DNA of 64,000 bases. Origin: Candidatus Krumholzibacteriota bacterium (GTDB taxonomy: Bacteria > Krumholzibacteriota > Krumholzibacteriia > LZORAL124-64-63). A program made the translations under genes and the position numbers. The stretch lies in the NCBI GenBank assembly GCA_039714075.1, contig JBDLKA010000006.1, positions 16,800-80,799 on the forward strand. Direction: 5' to 3'. The notes under the pieces are model-generated. The model searched no databases, was not told the origin of the DNA, and saw only the letters and a program-made list of their open reading frames with translations. Below are positions 9,606-19,284 of this stretch, piece by piece (within the stretch, counting starts at the first letter, position 1; every line of letters begins with the position of its first letter).

Positions 9606-10562
9606 ATGACACTGGGCCGACCGCACAGCAAGGACTATCCGGAGAAATACAGGGATTCCTTCGCATTGTACCAGTTGACCCAACCCCAGACCCAGGCCGG
9701 CAGCACCCTGGCCGACCAGGTCGCGGCCTATCTCGAATGGGCCATCACCGAAAAGCAGGCCGGTTTCGAGAAGGGTGAGATCATCAGCATCGGGGCCCTG
9801 GCCGAAGGCTTGGGGAAATCCCGCAATACGGCGGCCAAGGGCGTGGAACAGCTGGTGGCCATGGGCATGCTGGCCCGGACCAAGCTGAAATCCCCCTACG
9901 AGATCGTTTCCCGGGTGCCCATCTTCAAGGATTCGAGCCTGGTGGCCGACGAGCAGATTTCCCTGACCATGAAGATGGATTCGGAATCCACCTTCAGCAA
10001 TGTCCGCCGGCTCAGGTTTCCCAACCCGGACGATCCTTTCGCCACGCTTCTGGTCGACGAGCTGGCCGCCAGTAGCGACGGGCTCGTCAAGGATGCGGCG
10101 GCGGGCGACTGGACCGAGGGCGAGGTTCTGTACTACCTGCGCATGCGGTCGATCAAACAGGACGGGGGTTCCATAGGCTACCTGGCCGAGGTCACCTTCC
10201 TAAACCTGACGCCCGACCAGTCCTACCGTTTCGTCGAACGATTCACGCTTCTTCACGACCAGCACGTTTCGCGCTTTTCCATGTATTCGGTGCTGGAGCA
10301 ATGCGGGTTGACGGACCTGCGCGCGGGCCGGACCCAGGTGTCGGTCGGCAATCCGCCCGGTTTCATCGCCCACGAACTGGAGGGGTTCATCAACGGACGC
10401 ACCATCGACATGGCCGATTATTCGGCGGGCAAGACCATGCTCAAATGGAACTACGCCCTGTTCCAGCCCGCGGCCAATCCCATGGCCACTTTTTCGGTTT
10501 GCTTCGTGCGTCCGGACCTGATAGGAATATTCATTCGCAAGCTTGATGTCGAGTTGAAATAG
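9606..10562 (+). CDS. GntR-like winged-helix regulator with divergent C-terminal domain
   Basis: LADQVAAYL...GEIISIGALAEGLGKSRNTAAKGVEQLVAMGML resembles the GntR HTH; RBS AGGAG. Confidence 0.6.
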   Translation: MTLGRPHSKDYPEKYRDSFALYQLTQPQTQAGSTLADQVAAYLEWAITEKQAGFEKGEIISIGALAEGLGKSRNTAAKGVEQLVAMGMLARTKLKSPYEIVSRVPIFKDSSLVADEQISLTMKMDSESTFSNVRRLRFPNPDDPFATLLVDELAASSDGLVKDAAAGDWTEGEVLYYLRMRSIKQDGGSIGYLAEVTFLNLTPDQSYRFVERFTLLHDQHVSRFSMYSVLEQCGLTDLRAGRTQVSVGNPPGFIAHELEGFINGRTIDMADYSAGKTMLKWNYALFQPAANPMATFSVCFVRPDLIGIFIRKLDVELK

Positions 10563-10571
10563 GAGGGGCCC

Positions 10572-11567
10572 ATGAGAACATTCGTGATGTTGATGATGAT
10601 CCTGATGTTGATTGGCGCGGCGGGATGCGGCAAGAAGGAAGAGGCGACCGACCAGACAGCGGCCGCGGACCAGCCGCCCACCCTGGAACAGACGAAAGTA
10701 AAGGTTCCCCCTCCGGCGGCGGACAAGCCCGCCGATCCGTTTTTGACCAAACTGAAAAACGCCACCTATACCGGCGTCCAGGAGCAGGACCCGGTGACCC
10801 TGACGGATGGCCTGTGGGAAGGCGAACCCTCGGCAGAGGGCGGCGCCTCGCGGCCGCGCGTCCAGTTCGTGCGCGACTACCATCTGGTGGGCGACCTCGA
10901 CGGCGACGGTCAGGATGAAGCGGCCGTCGTGCTGACCGCCGGCTCGGGGGGAACGGTCGAGAACTCGTACCTGGCCGTGCTCGGCCTCAGGGAAGGCGAA
11001 CTGCGGAACCTGGACACCGTGCTGCTGGGCGACCGCGTGCAGATCCGCAAATCGGGCATCCTGGAAGGCCGCATCTTCATGGACATCCTGCGGGCGGGAC
11101 CCGAAGACGCCCTGAGCAATCCCGGAAATCTTGAAGGAGCTGCCTGGAGGCTGGAAAACGACAAGCTCGTGGCCATGGAAGCAGCCAGCGCGCCCCTGAG
11201 ATTGTCGTTGGATTCCGTGGCGGGACCCGAATGGGTGCTGCGCTGGTGGACCCTGGACGAAGAGGCGCCCGCCGAACCCGAAGTGACACTCAGCTTCCTG
11301 GACGGCCGGCTCGGCGGCAGCAGCGGCTGCAATACCTATTCCGCCGCCGCCAACACCGGCGAGCAGCCGGGCGATCTCCAGATGGGACCGGCCGCCGGCA
11401 CCAGGAAGATGTGTCCCGAGGAAATCATGGCCGTCGAACAGCGGTACTTGGCCCAGATGGCCGGCGTGAAGAAGTTCGGGTATGTGGCCGGCATGCTGGC
11501 GCTGAGCTTCGAACATGAGAACGGCGGCGGGGTCATGCTGTTCGAGGGGCGGAAGCCGGCGCAGTAG
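10572..11567 (+). CDS. META/HslJ domain lipoprotein
   Basis: Lipobox AAGC; GDLDGDG motif; C-terminal GSSGCNTY...GTRKMCPEEIMAVEQRYL META signature. Confidence 0.85.
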   Translation: MRTFVMLMMILMLIGAAGCGKKEEATDQTAAADQPPTLEQTKVKVPPPAADKPADPFLTKLKNATYTGVQEQDPVTLTDGLWEGEPSAEGGASRPRVQFVRDYHLVGDLDGDGQDEAAVVLTAGSGGTVENSYLAVLGLREGELRNLDTVLLGDRVQIRKSGILEGRIFMDILRAGPEDALSNPGNLEGAAWRLENDKLVAMEAASAPLRLSLDSVAGPEWVLRWWTLDEEAPAEPEVTLSFLDGRLGGSSGCNTYSAAANTGEQPGDLQMGPAAGTRKMCPEEIMAVEQRYLAQMAGVKKFGYVAGMLALSFEHENGGGVMLFEGRKPAQ

Positions 11568-11603
11568 GACCGACGCGAAACGAAATTCAGTTGATCATTG
11601 ATG

Positions 11604-11633
11604 CGAAAACCCGAGGGCAACCTCGGGTTTTCG
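11604..11633. terminator. Probable bidirectional intrinsic terminator
   Basis: CGAAAACCCGAGG-GCAA-CCTCGGGTTTTCG between convergent genes. Confidence 0.8.
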
Positions 11634-11670
11634 TTCATCCAGTCAAAAACAGGATTCCCCGGGAAACCCC

Positions 11671-12966
11671 TCACTCGTCGTTGATGACATCAAGCAGAAA
11701 TTCAGCCGCCCGCTCGCTGTCGAAGCGCGAGACCCAGAACACGGCTTCCTGCTTGATCTCCGGATCGTCTTCGGTGCGGATGATCTCGATCAGCGCGTCC
11801 AGGGCGGCCTCTTCATCGTCCATGCGGGTGATGACGTGGCAGATCTGCTGCTTCATGTCGCGGCTTTCGGCCTTGGCGTAGATCTGCTTCAAAAAATCAA
11901 GGTCCAACTGCTCTCGCTGGGCGGCGAAGTACAGGGCCTGGGTCCGCAGATCCTCGTCGGCCCGGGGGTTGTTGATCAGGTCGATGAAGATCTGGTCGGG
12001 GACGTCACCCTCGGCGCGTGCCAGGGCGAACAGCGCGGTCTCGATCATTTCGCGTTCGTCGTCCGACTGCAGGATTTCCACCGCAACCGCGGTGACGTCC
12101 TCGTCGCGGCCGGTATGGCTGAGGCCGTACAGGGCCTGCCGGCGCAGTTCGAGGTCGTTCTGCCGATCGCGCACGATATCCGCGAGTACCTGGAAGGCCT
12201 TGTCGCCGCCGTGCCGGCCGATGGCGAACATCGCGGCCTCGTCGATTTCGGGATCATCCACGCGTTTGAAAAGATCGATGATGGCGTCCAGGGCTCGTTC
12301 GCTGTCCTTCATCGACAGGCACATCACCAGCTCGGAGAGCATCTCCGGATCGTCGGTGGTGTTCAACATGTCGATGAGCAGGTCTTCGCTGCGCTCGTCA
12401 TCCATCCGGCAGAGGATGAATACCGAGTGCCGGCGCATCTGTTCGCTGGTTTTCTTTTCCCCGGTGACGATTTTTTCCAGGATGGGCAGCGCCTTGTCCG
12501 GGTCCATGCGCATCAGGGCCTCCAGGGCGGCCACCCGGGTGGCGTCGCGACGCATCTCGTCGTCCGAGAGCTCGTGGATTTCCCGCACGCCCTCGATTTC
12601 CCCTCGCTCGGCAAGTTCCCCGTACAGGCGGGCCAGCAGGGCTTCACCATCGCCCGCGGTTTCGGCCTGGCCGTATTTCTCCTGCTGTAGCCGCAAGAGT
12701 TCGGCGGCGATCTTCAGTTCGTGGGTCTTCTGGAGTTTGTACCGCGCGAAGGCCTGCCAGTACAGGGCGTTGCCGGCTTCCTGCTGCTCTTTTTGCAGTT
12801 CGTAGACTTCTTTCAGAAGTTGAGCCGCCTGCTCGTACCGCGCCTGGTTCAGGAACTCGCGCGCTTCCTGCATCTTCAGTTCGGTGTCTTCGTCGGCCAG
12901 GGCGTATCCGGTGATCGCCAGGGCGGCCACCAGGAAAACGAATCCCACGATGTTCCAGGTTTTCAT
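11671..12966 (-). CDS. Secreted TPR/HEAT-repeat protein
   Basis: MKTWNIVGF signal peptide after RBS GGAAGGA; ALYWQAFARYKL helix then repeated HEAT-like units. Confidence 0.82.
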   Translation of the reverse strand: MKTWNIVGFVFLVAALAITGYALADEDTELKMQEAREFLNQARYEQAAQLLKEVYELQKEQQEAGNALYWQAFARYKLQKTHELKIAAELLRLQQEKYGQAETAGDGEALLARLYGELAERGEIEGVREIHELSDDEMRRDATRVAALEALMRMDPDKALPILEKIVTGEKKTSEQMRRHSVFILCRMDDERSEDLLIDMLNTTDDPEMLSELVMCLSMKDSERALDAIIDLFKRVDDPEIDEAAMFAIGRHGGDKAFQVLADIVRDRQNDLELRRQALYGLSHTGRDEDVTAVAVEILQSDDEREMIETALFALARAEGDVPDQIFIDLINNPRADEDLRTQALYFAAQREQLDLDFLKQIYAKAESRDMKQQICHVITRMDDEEAALDALIEIIRTEDDPEIKQEAVFWVSRFDSERAAEFLLDVINDE

Positions 12967-12986
12967 GACAGTTCCTTCCTCGCAGT

Positions 12987-13640
12987 TCATATCTCGGAGC
13001 CGGCGGATACGGTCCGCAGGCGGTCGATGGTTGCTCGTTCCTGCAGGCCCCGGCGGATCCAGGCCATGTCGCGGGCGCAGTTGTCCTTGGACAGCCCCAC
13101 GATCTGGGCCAGCACCAGTTCCAGTTCCTCCAGCAGGTTCTTCATTTCCAGGTCGTCGGCCGCGGGGGTGTCCATCAGCAGGCGGGTCTGCACCAGCATG
13201 CCGCCGGCCCAGTCGGGCACCTCGGACAGGTCGTCGCGGCCGCAGGAGCGCACCTTGAAGTCCGTGAGCAGGAAGTCGGCCCGGCCGAACAGGTCGCGCG
13301 CGGCCATGGCGTAGACGTCTCGGCGCAGGCCGGGATCGGGAGCCGTATCTTCCGGGATGGCCGCCACCGGGACGGGATCGGTGGTGGGCACCGATGACGG
13401 CTGTCGGGTCAGACGGCCGATGAAAATCCCCACCACCAGCACCGCCGCCACCGCCGCGGCCAGGCGCATGATCCGGAAGGCGGGTCCGCGCTGCGGGGTG
13501 AAATCGGGCCGCGCCACGTTCCGTCGTCCGGCCCGCGCGGCGTCGATCTTTGCCCACATCCGGTCCCGGGGAACCTCGGGCGGCGGATTGTGTGTGCGCG
13601 CCATCTCTTGGCGGTCCTGTTCGTTGTTCGGGTCCATCAT
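12987..13640 (-). CDS. Putative anti-sigma factor (single TM)
   Basis: Coupled to ECF sigma (ATGA overlap); PRDRMWAKI, TM AAAVAAVLVVGIFIG, helical periplasmic domain. Confidence 0.7.
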   Translation of the reverse strand: MMDPNNEQDRQEMARTHNPPPEVPRDRMWAKIDAARAGRRNVARPDFTPQRGPAFRIMRLAAAVAAVLVVGIFIGRLTRQPSSVPTTDPVPVAAIPEDTAPDPGLRRDVYAMAARDLFGRADFLLTDFKVRSCGRDDLSEVPDWAGGMLVQTRLLMDTPAADDLEMKNLLEELELVLAQIVGLSKDNCARDMAWIRRGLQERATIDRLRTVSAGSEI

Positions 13641-14221
13641 TCCATCTCCATGCTCAGTCCGGGTCCGCTCAAGGCGTCCCGCAGTTTATGTCGGGCCCGC
13701 GAGAGCCGGGCCTTGATCGTGCCCACCGGAGCGTCCACGGCCGTGGCGATTTCCTGGTGGGTGAAGCCTTCCATGTCGTGCATCACGAACACGAGGCGGT
13801 GGTTTTCGTCCAGGCCGCCGACGGCACGGTCGAGACAGCGCTTCAGTTCGGGGTCGGCCCCGGGCCCGGGCCCGGCCACCCATTCCAGATCGTCCCGGAT
13901 CGATTCCACATCCTGCATCCGTTTTCGCTTGCGCAACCCGGTCAGGATCACCGAAGTCGCCACCCGGTGAAGCCAGCCCGCGAACGGTGCGTCGCCCCGG
14001 AAGTCGGCCAGCCGGTCGAAGGCCCGGATGAAGGTGTCCTGGGTCAGATCTTCGGCCTGGGTGGCGTCTCCGATCATCCGGTAGGCCAGGCGGAACACAC
14101 GCTCGACGTGCGCCTCGTACAGCTGCCTTTCGGCGGCGGCGTCCCCGGCCAGGATCCGGCTGATCAGTCGGCGTTCTTCCAACATTCTCTCCACGTGAAT
14201 CGTCTGCATGTGTGTCGACAT
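13637..14221 (-). CDS. ECF (sigma-24) RNA polymerase sigma factor
   Basis: AEDLTQDTFIRAF...FAGWLHRVA region 2; VFVMHDMEGFTHQEIA...GTIKARLSRAR region 4. Confidence 0.93.
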   Translation of the reverse strand: MSTHMQTIHVERMLEERRLISRILAGDAAAERQLYEAHVERVFRLAYRMIGDATQAEDLTQDTFIRAFDRLADFRGDAPFAGWLHRVATSVILTGLRKRKRMQDVESIRDDLEWVAGPGPGADPELKRCLDRAVGGLDENHRLVFVMHDMEGFTHQEIATAVDAPVGTIKARLSRARHKLRDALSGPGLSMEME

Positions 14222-14228
14222 CCATAAT

Positions 14229-14255
14229 GACACCGAAACGGGACGAAGGGTTGCA
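14229..14255 (-). promoter_or_regulatory. Candidate autoregulatory ECF promoter
   Basis: TGCAACC-N16-TGTC on the minus strand immediately before the sigma start. Confidence 0.55.
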
Positions 14256-14345
14256 CCACTCCCGAAAATTCCTGCCTTTTTGGAAAACCCAACAATTTAC
14301 TGGACATTTCCGGCATTTATAACGATTCTTTGTGGAGACAAAAAC

Positions 14346-14364
14346 TTTTCATATATACCGAAAA
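14346..14364. promoter_or_regulatory. Candidate DtxR/MntR operator
   Basis: 19-bp imperfect palindrome TTTTC-ATATATACC-GAAAA upstream of dtxR-feoAB. Confidence 0.5.
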
Positions 14365-14408
14365 CAGCCCGAATCACTCCTGATTCAGGGTTGGAAGGGG
14401 TCTCGCGG

Positions 14409-14987
14409 ATGTTGGCCGGAGAATCACAGGTCAGTTCCAGTCTCGAAGACTATCTCGAGGCCATCTACCACACCGTCGAGGCCAAAGGCGCCGCCCGGGC
14501 CAAGGATCTGGTTATGCGCCTTGGGGTTCACAACTCCTCGGTGACCCAGGCCCTGCGCTCTTTGGCCGAGAAGAAACTGGTCAACTACGCCCCCTACGAC
14601 GTGATCACGCTGACCGATTCGGGCGAGCGCATCGCCCTGGACGTGGTCAAGCGCCACCAGACCCTTTCCGAATTCCTCCACAAGGTGCTCGGGCTGTCCG
14701 AAACCGAGGCCGACGAAGGCGCCTGCCGGATGGAGCACGCCATCAGCGTCCAGATTCTCGACCGCCTCGTGAAATTCGTGAAATATTTCGAGAGCTGCCC
14801 CGTGAACGACGTGATGTGGGATGAAGAAGAGGGTTATTTCTGCGGCAAGAGCGATACGGACAAGGACGGCCACTCCTGCGGCCGTGATGTCTGCGGCCAC
14901 GACCTCGACGTTTCGGCTCTGGACGTTTCGGCGCCTGCCGAACCGTCCCCGAGGACCAACGAGAAGGACAACCAGGAAGAGGAATGA
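14409..14987 (+). CDS. DtxR/MntR family metal-dependent repressor
   Basis: SLEDYLEAIY, SSVTQALRSL, ACRMEHAIS; Cys-rich C-terminal tail. Confidence 0.92.
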   Translation: MLAGESQVSSSLEDYLEAIYHTVEAKGAARAKDLVMRLGVHNSSVTQALRSLAEKKLVNYAPYDVITLTDSGERIALDVVKRHQTLSEFLHKVLGLSETEADEGACRMEHAISVQILDRLVKFVKYFESCPVNDVMWDEEEGYFCGKSDTDKDGHSCGRDVCGHDLDVSALDVSAPAEPSPRTNEKDNQEEE

Positions 14988-15205
14988 TCATGCCCTTGAC
15001 AATGATCCGTGAGGGGAAAAAAGCCATTCTTCGCTCCATCGAAGGCGGCCGGCAGCTGCGTTCCCGACTGGCCGCCCTGGGGCTTTTGCCCGGCGCCGAA
15101 CTGGAAGTGATCCAGAACTCCGGCCAAGGTCCCTTCGTCATCGCGGTCAAGGGGAGCCGTATCGTCATCGGCCGGGGCATGGCCGCCCGCATAGCGGTGG
15201 AATAG
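14984..15205 (+). CDS. feoA: Ferrous iron transport protein A
   Basis: [15 protein letters not shown]...[11 protein letters not shown]. Confidence 0.92.
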   Translation: MIMPLTMIREGKKAILRSIEGGRQLRSRLAALGLLPGAELEVIQNSGQGPFVIAVKGSRIVIGRGMAARIAVE

Positions 15206-17394
15206 TGACTCGGACCCTCGACAGGACCATCACCGTCGCGGTGGCCGGCAATCCCAACTCCGGCAAGACGACCATCTTCAACAACCTGACCGGCGCCCGG
15301 CAGCACGTGGGGAATTATCCCGGCGTGACCGTGGAGTGGAAAAAGGGTTCCTGCAAACGCGGCGATGTAAAGCTCGACCTGGTCGACCTGCCCGGCACCT
15401 ACAGTCTGACCGCCTTTTCCGAGGAAGAACTCGTTGCCCGCGATTACCTGCTGAACTCCGCGCCCGACGTGGTGGTCAACGTGGTGGACGCGGCCAATCT
15501 CGAACGCAACCTCTTTTTGACCACCGAACTCCTGGAAATCGGACGGCCCCTGGTCCTGGTCCTGAACATGGCCGATGTGGCCCGTGATCGCGGCCTGCAG
15601 ATCGACGCCGCGCGTCTGGCCGAAAACCTGGGCGTGCCCGTGGTGCCGGCCATCGGCAACCGGGGCGTGGGCATGGATGATCTGGTCGATGCCGTCATGC
15701 AGGTGGCCGTCAGCCAGGCCTCGTTGCCGGGTCCGGCGGGCATGTGCCGCGAGTCGGGTCCGGGTCCGGCTTCCCTGGCCGCCGTGGAAACCCGGGGCGG
15801 GCCCTCGCAGGTGGACTATGGCCAGCAGGTGGAAAAGATCATCAGCGAAATCGAAGACCTGCTGCCCGGGGATGAATACCGTCGCTGGCAAGCCGTCAAA
15901 CTGGTGGGGGGCGACGAAAAGGTGGTCGAGGGTCTGGCGGTGCCCGGCGCGCGCGAGGCGGTCGACGGAATCGTGGCCGCGTTCACTGCCGATTCCACCG
16001 ATGATCCCGACATCCTGCTGGCTCGCCTGCGCTACGAGTTTATCGCCGACATGTGTGACGGCGTCGTCAGGGCGCCGACCGAATCCCGGGTCACGGTCAG
16101 CGACCGCATCGATCGCGTGGTCATGCATCCGGTTTGGGGCGTGCCGATCTTCCTGTCCCTCATGTACCTGGTCTTCACCCTGACCTTCTCCCTGGGCAAC
16201 CCCCTGATGAACCTGATCGACGGTGGTTTCAACCGACTGTCCGGCCTGTTGACGGGTCTGTGGGTCGCCGAAAGCGCCAGCCCCCTCAAGTCGCTCATCG
16301 TCGACGGCATTATCGGCGGCGTGGGCGGCGTGATCGTGTTTTTGCCCAACATCGTGCTGCTGTTCATGGCCATCGCGATCCTCGAGGGCACCGGTTACAT
16401 GGCCCGCGCGGCGTTCGTCATGGACCGTTTCATGAGCAAGGTCGGCCTGCACGGCAAGAGTTTCATTCCCCTGTTGATCGGCTTCGGCTGCACCGTGCCG
16501 GCGATCATGGCCACACGCACCCTCGAGTCGCGGCGCGACCGCCTGATCACCATGATGGTCCTGCCCCTGATGAGCTGCGGCGCGCGTCTGCCCATTTACG
16601 CCCTGATGATCCCCGCCTTCTTCCCGGCCAGGTTGCAGGGCCCGGCCCTGTGGCTCATCTACGTGACGGGCATTCTGCTGGCCCTGGGCGGCGCGCACTT
16701 TTTGCGGGCCACCCTGTTCCGCGGGGAAACCACGCCCTTTTTGATGGAGCTGCCGCCCTACCGCATGCCGACGGTGACCAGCCTGCTGGTGCAGATGTGG
16801 ACCCGCGCCTGGCTCTACGTGAAAAAAGCCGGCACGGTGATCCTGGGCGCGGCCATCATCCTGTGGTTTTTGACTTTCTATCCCAAGCCGCCGGCCGATT
16901 ACCTGCTGCCCGCGGGGTTCGACCAGACGACCGCCGAAGCGGCCACGGTTTTCAGTGCCATCGACGATCCGAACCTGGCCCAGGCCGCCGAACTGTCCTA
17001 TTCCATCGCCGGCCGGGTGGGGCGTCTGCTCGAACCCGCGATTCGGCCCCTGGGTTTCGACTGGCGCATCGGCACCGCCCTGGTGGGCGCGGTCGCGGCC
17101 AAGGAAGTGTTCGTGGCCCAAATGGGTATCGTGTTCGCCGTCGGCGAGGCCGACGAGACCAGCGACCAGCTGCGCGCCCAGTTGCGCAGCCGCTACTCGC
17201 CGTTGATCGGTTTCTGCATCATGCTTTTCGCGCTGATTTCGACGCCGTGTATCGCGACCTTCGCCATCACCAGGCAGGAGGCGGGGTCGATCAAGTGGGC
17301 CTTCGCCCAGACGTTCGGCCTGACGGCCCTGGCCTGGGTCGTGACCTTCGCGGTGTACCAGGGAGGGCTGCTGCTGGGGTTGGGGGGTATGTGA
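15205..17394 (+). CDS. feoB: Ferrous iron transport protein B
   Basis: [44 protein letters not shown]. Confidence 0.97.
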   Translation: MTRTLDRTITVAVAGNPNSGKTTIFNNLTGARQHVGNYPGVTVEWKKGSCKRGDVKLDLVDLPGTYSLTAFSEEELVARDYLLNSAPDVVVNVVDAANLERNLFLTTELLEIGRPLVLVLNMADVARDRGLQIDAARLAENLGVPVVPAIGNRGVGMDDLVDAVMQVAVSQASLPGPAGMCRESGPGPASLAAVETRGGPSQVDYGQQVEKIISEIEDLLPGDEYRRWQAVKLVGGDEKVVEGLAVPGAREAVDGIVAAFTADSTDDPDILLARLRYEFIADMCDGVVRAPTESRVTVSDRIDRVVMHPVWGVPIFLSLMYLVFTLTFSLGNPLMNLIDGGFNRLSGLLTGLWVAESASPLKSLIVDGIIGGVGGVIVFLPNIVLLFMAIAILEGTGYMARAAFVMDRFMSKVGLHGKSFIPLLIGFGCTVPAIMATRTLESRRDRLITMMVLPLMSCGARLPIYALMIPAFFPARLQGPALWLIYVTGILLALGGAHFLRATLFRGETTPFLMELPPYRMPTVTSLLVQMWTRAWLYVKKAGTVILGAAIILWFLTFYPKPPADYLLPAGFDQTTAEAATVFSAIDDPNLAQAAELSYSIAGRVGRLLEPAIRPLGFDWRIGTALVGAVAAKEVFVAQMGIVFAVGEADETSDQLRAQLRSRYSPLIGFCIMLFALISTPCIATFAITRQEAGSIKWAFAQTFGLTALAWVVTFAVYQGGLLLGLGGM

Positions 17395-17684
17395 TGGGTT
17401 CCATCCTGGAAATGGTGGTCGTGATCGTGGCGGTGGCCGTAGCCCTGGCCTGGGCGGGCCGCGCCGCCTGGCGTTCGGTAAGGAAACAGGGCGTCTGTTC
17501 GTCGTGCGGATCGTCCGGCGAATGTCCCATCGCGCAGGATCCCGAGGTCCTGGCCGAAATCACCCAGAAAGGGCAGTTGCCCCACCTGGATTCCTGCCAA
17601 CCCGGCACGCTGACCTGCCAGGAACTGGCTGAGGCCCTGGAAAAGGAATCCGGGGACAAGACCCCCCGGACACCCGCTTCCTGA
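17394..17684 (+). CDS. FeoB-associated Cys-rich membrane protein
   Basis: [16 protein letters not shown] then CSSCGSSGEC; TGATG coupling to feoB. Confidence 0.75.
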   Translation: MGSILEMVVVIVAVAVALAWAGRAAWRSVRKQGVCSSCGSSGECPIAQDPEVLAEITQKGQLPHLDSCQPGTLTCQELAEALEKESGDKTPRTPAS

Positions 17685-17790
17685 CACCGTATCCCGCCAC
17701 AAGCATTTTCCTCCCGTTTCCTTACCTTGTGGGTTAGATCGGCCGCCAGACGCGACTTGGCCGCCTGCCCCAACTGACGGGAGGTTACCT

Positions 17791-19275
17791 GTGGCCGCGC
17801 CCGAGCGGACTCTCAAGGGTGCCGACCTCCACGATACCCTGTACCGTGGACTTCTTCGTCACGCCCTGGTGCGCTTGACCTTTCTCTACTTCATTCCCCT
17901 GCTGCTGCTGACCCTGTTCTTCCACCTGCAATACCGCCTGGTCGTTCGCGACGCCGAGCAGCGCCACCGCGAATCGCTGGCCTATCACCAGGCGGCCATG
18001 CTGGAAATGTACCTGGGCGACCGGCTGCTGAACCTGACCGACCTGACGGATCGTCCCAGCTCGCTGCTTGAGCCGCGGCGCGAGGATCTCGAAGCCCATC
18101 TGGCGAACCTGCGCACCGCCAGCGAGGCCTTCATCGATCTGTCGGTGCTGGACGGTGAAGGACGTGTCCTGGGCTACGCGGGCCCGCTGCCTTTCCTGGA
18201 GGAAAAAAACTACCGCGGGGAAGACTGGTACCAGCGCCTGTTGTCCGGTCCGTCCACCCACGTCATCACCGATGTCTACCTGGGGTTCCGCAGGAAACCC
18301 CACTTCACGATGGCCCTCAAACTCGAACCGCAGGGGAATACGCGAATCCTGCGGGCGGTGCTTTCCCCGGAAATTGCCCGGGCCCAGGTGGACGCCCCGG
18401 TCGACGATCTCTCCCAGACGGCCGACGGCCTGATGGCGAACATCGCCACCAACATCTGGTGGTTCTCGGCCCTGTTCTGCCTGATCGGCGGTCTGGTGAT
18501 CTGGCTGCAGGCCCGCTGGGTGGCGCGCGAACAGTACGAGGCCCAGCTCAAGCAGCAGCAGCTATCGCGTCAGCTGGGGCAGGCGGCCAAGCTGGCGCTG
18601 GTGGGCGAGCTGGCGGCGGGAATCGCCCACGAGATCAACAACCCGCTGGCCGTGGTGGCGGAAAAGGCGGGGCTGGTGAAGGATCTTCTCGACCCCCGTT
18701 TTGCCAAAAGCACTCCGCCCGGTGAATTGAGGGAACATCTCCACACCATCGAGGACGCGGTCTACCGCTGCACCGACATCACCCGGCAGCTGCTGGGTTT
18801 CGTGCGCCAACGCGACGTGGAGCTGAAGGAAACCGACCTCCATCAACTGGTGGACGACCTGGTCGACGGCCTGCTGGGGCCGGAACTGGAAGTGGCCGAC
18901 ATCGAGGTGGCCAAACATTACGATACCGGCATGCCTCCCATCGTCACGGACCCGGGGCAGTTGCGGCAGGTGGTGCTGAACCTGTTGAAGAACGCCTTCG
19001 ATTCCATTACCGGGCCCGGCGCCATCACCATCTCATCCAGGAAGAAGGGCGACCGGTTCACCCTGACCGTCGCGGACACCGGCCACGGCATGACGCCCGA
19101 AGAGCTGGAGCTGGTCTTCATCCCGTTCTTCACCACCAAGGCGCCCGGCAAGGGCACGGGGCTGGGGCTGAGCGTCAGCTACGGAATCATCGAGGGGTTG
19201 GGAGGGCACATGACCGTGGTCAGCGCTCCGGACGAGGGCAGCGAGTTCACCATCGAGCTTCCGCTCAGGAGTTAG
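17791..19275 (+). CDS. Membrane sensor histidine kinase (Cache-like sensor, NtrB-type core)
   Basis: Two TMs; GELAAGIAHEINNPL H-box; FFTTKxxGKGTGLGLS. Confidence 0.92.
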   Translation: MAAPERTLKGADLHDTLYRGLLRHALVRLTFLYFIPLLLLTLFFHLQYRLVVRDAEQRHRESLAYHQAAMLEMYLGDRLLNLTDLTDRPSSLLEPRREDLEAHLANLRTASEAFIDLSVLDGEGRVLGYAGPLPFLEEKNYRGEDWYQRLLSGPSTHVITDVYLGFRRKPHFTMALKLEPQGNTRILRAVLSPEIARAQVDAPVDDLSQTADGLMANIATNIWWFSALFCLIGGLVIWLQARWVAREQYEAQLKQQQLSRQLGQAAKLALVGELAAGIAHEINNPLAVVAEKAGLVKDLLDPRFAKSTPPGELREHLHTIEDAVYRCTDITRQLLGFVRQRDVELKETDLHQLVDDLVDGLLGPELEVADIEVAKHYDTGMPPIVTDPGQLRQVVLNLLKNAFDSITGPGAITISSRKKGDRFTLTVADTGHGMTPEELELVFIPFFTTKAPGKGTGLGLSVSYGIIEGLGGHMTVVSAPDEGSEFTIELPLRS

Positions 19276-19284
19276 GGGGATGAT

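Noticed and set aside
12967..13557. N-terminal extension of the 628-aa HEAT ORF overlapping the anti-sigma gene
   Set aside because: Arg/Gly/Pro-rich off-frame read-through; the real start has an RBS and signal peptide at 12966. The same applies to the extended ORFs 2814, 16134, 36024, 37739, 45606 and 63136
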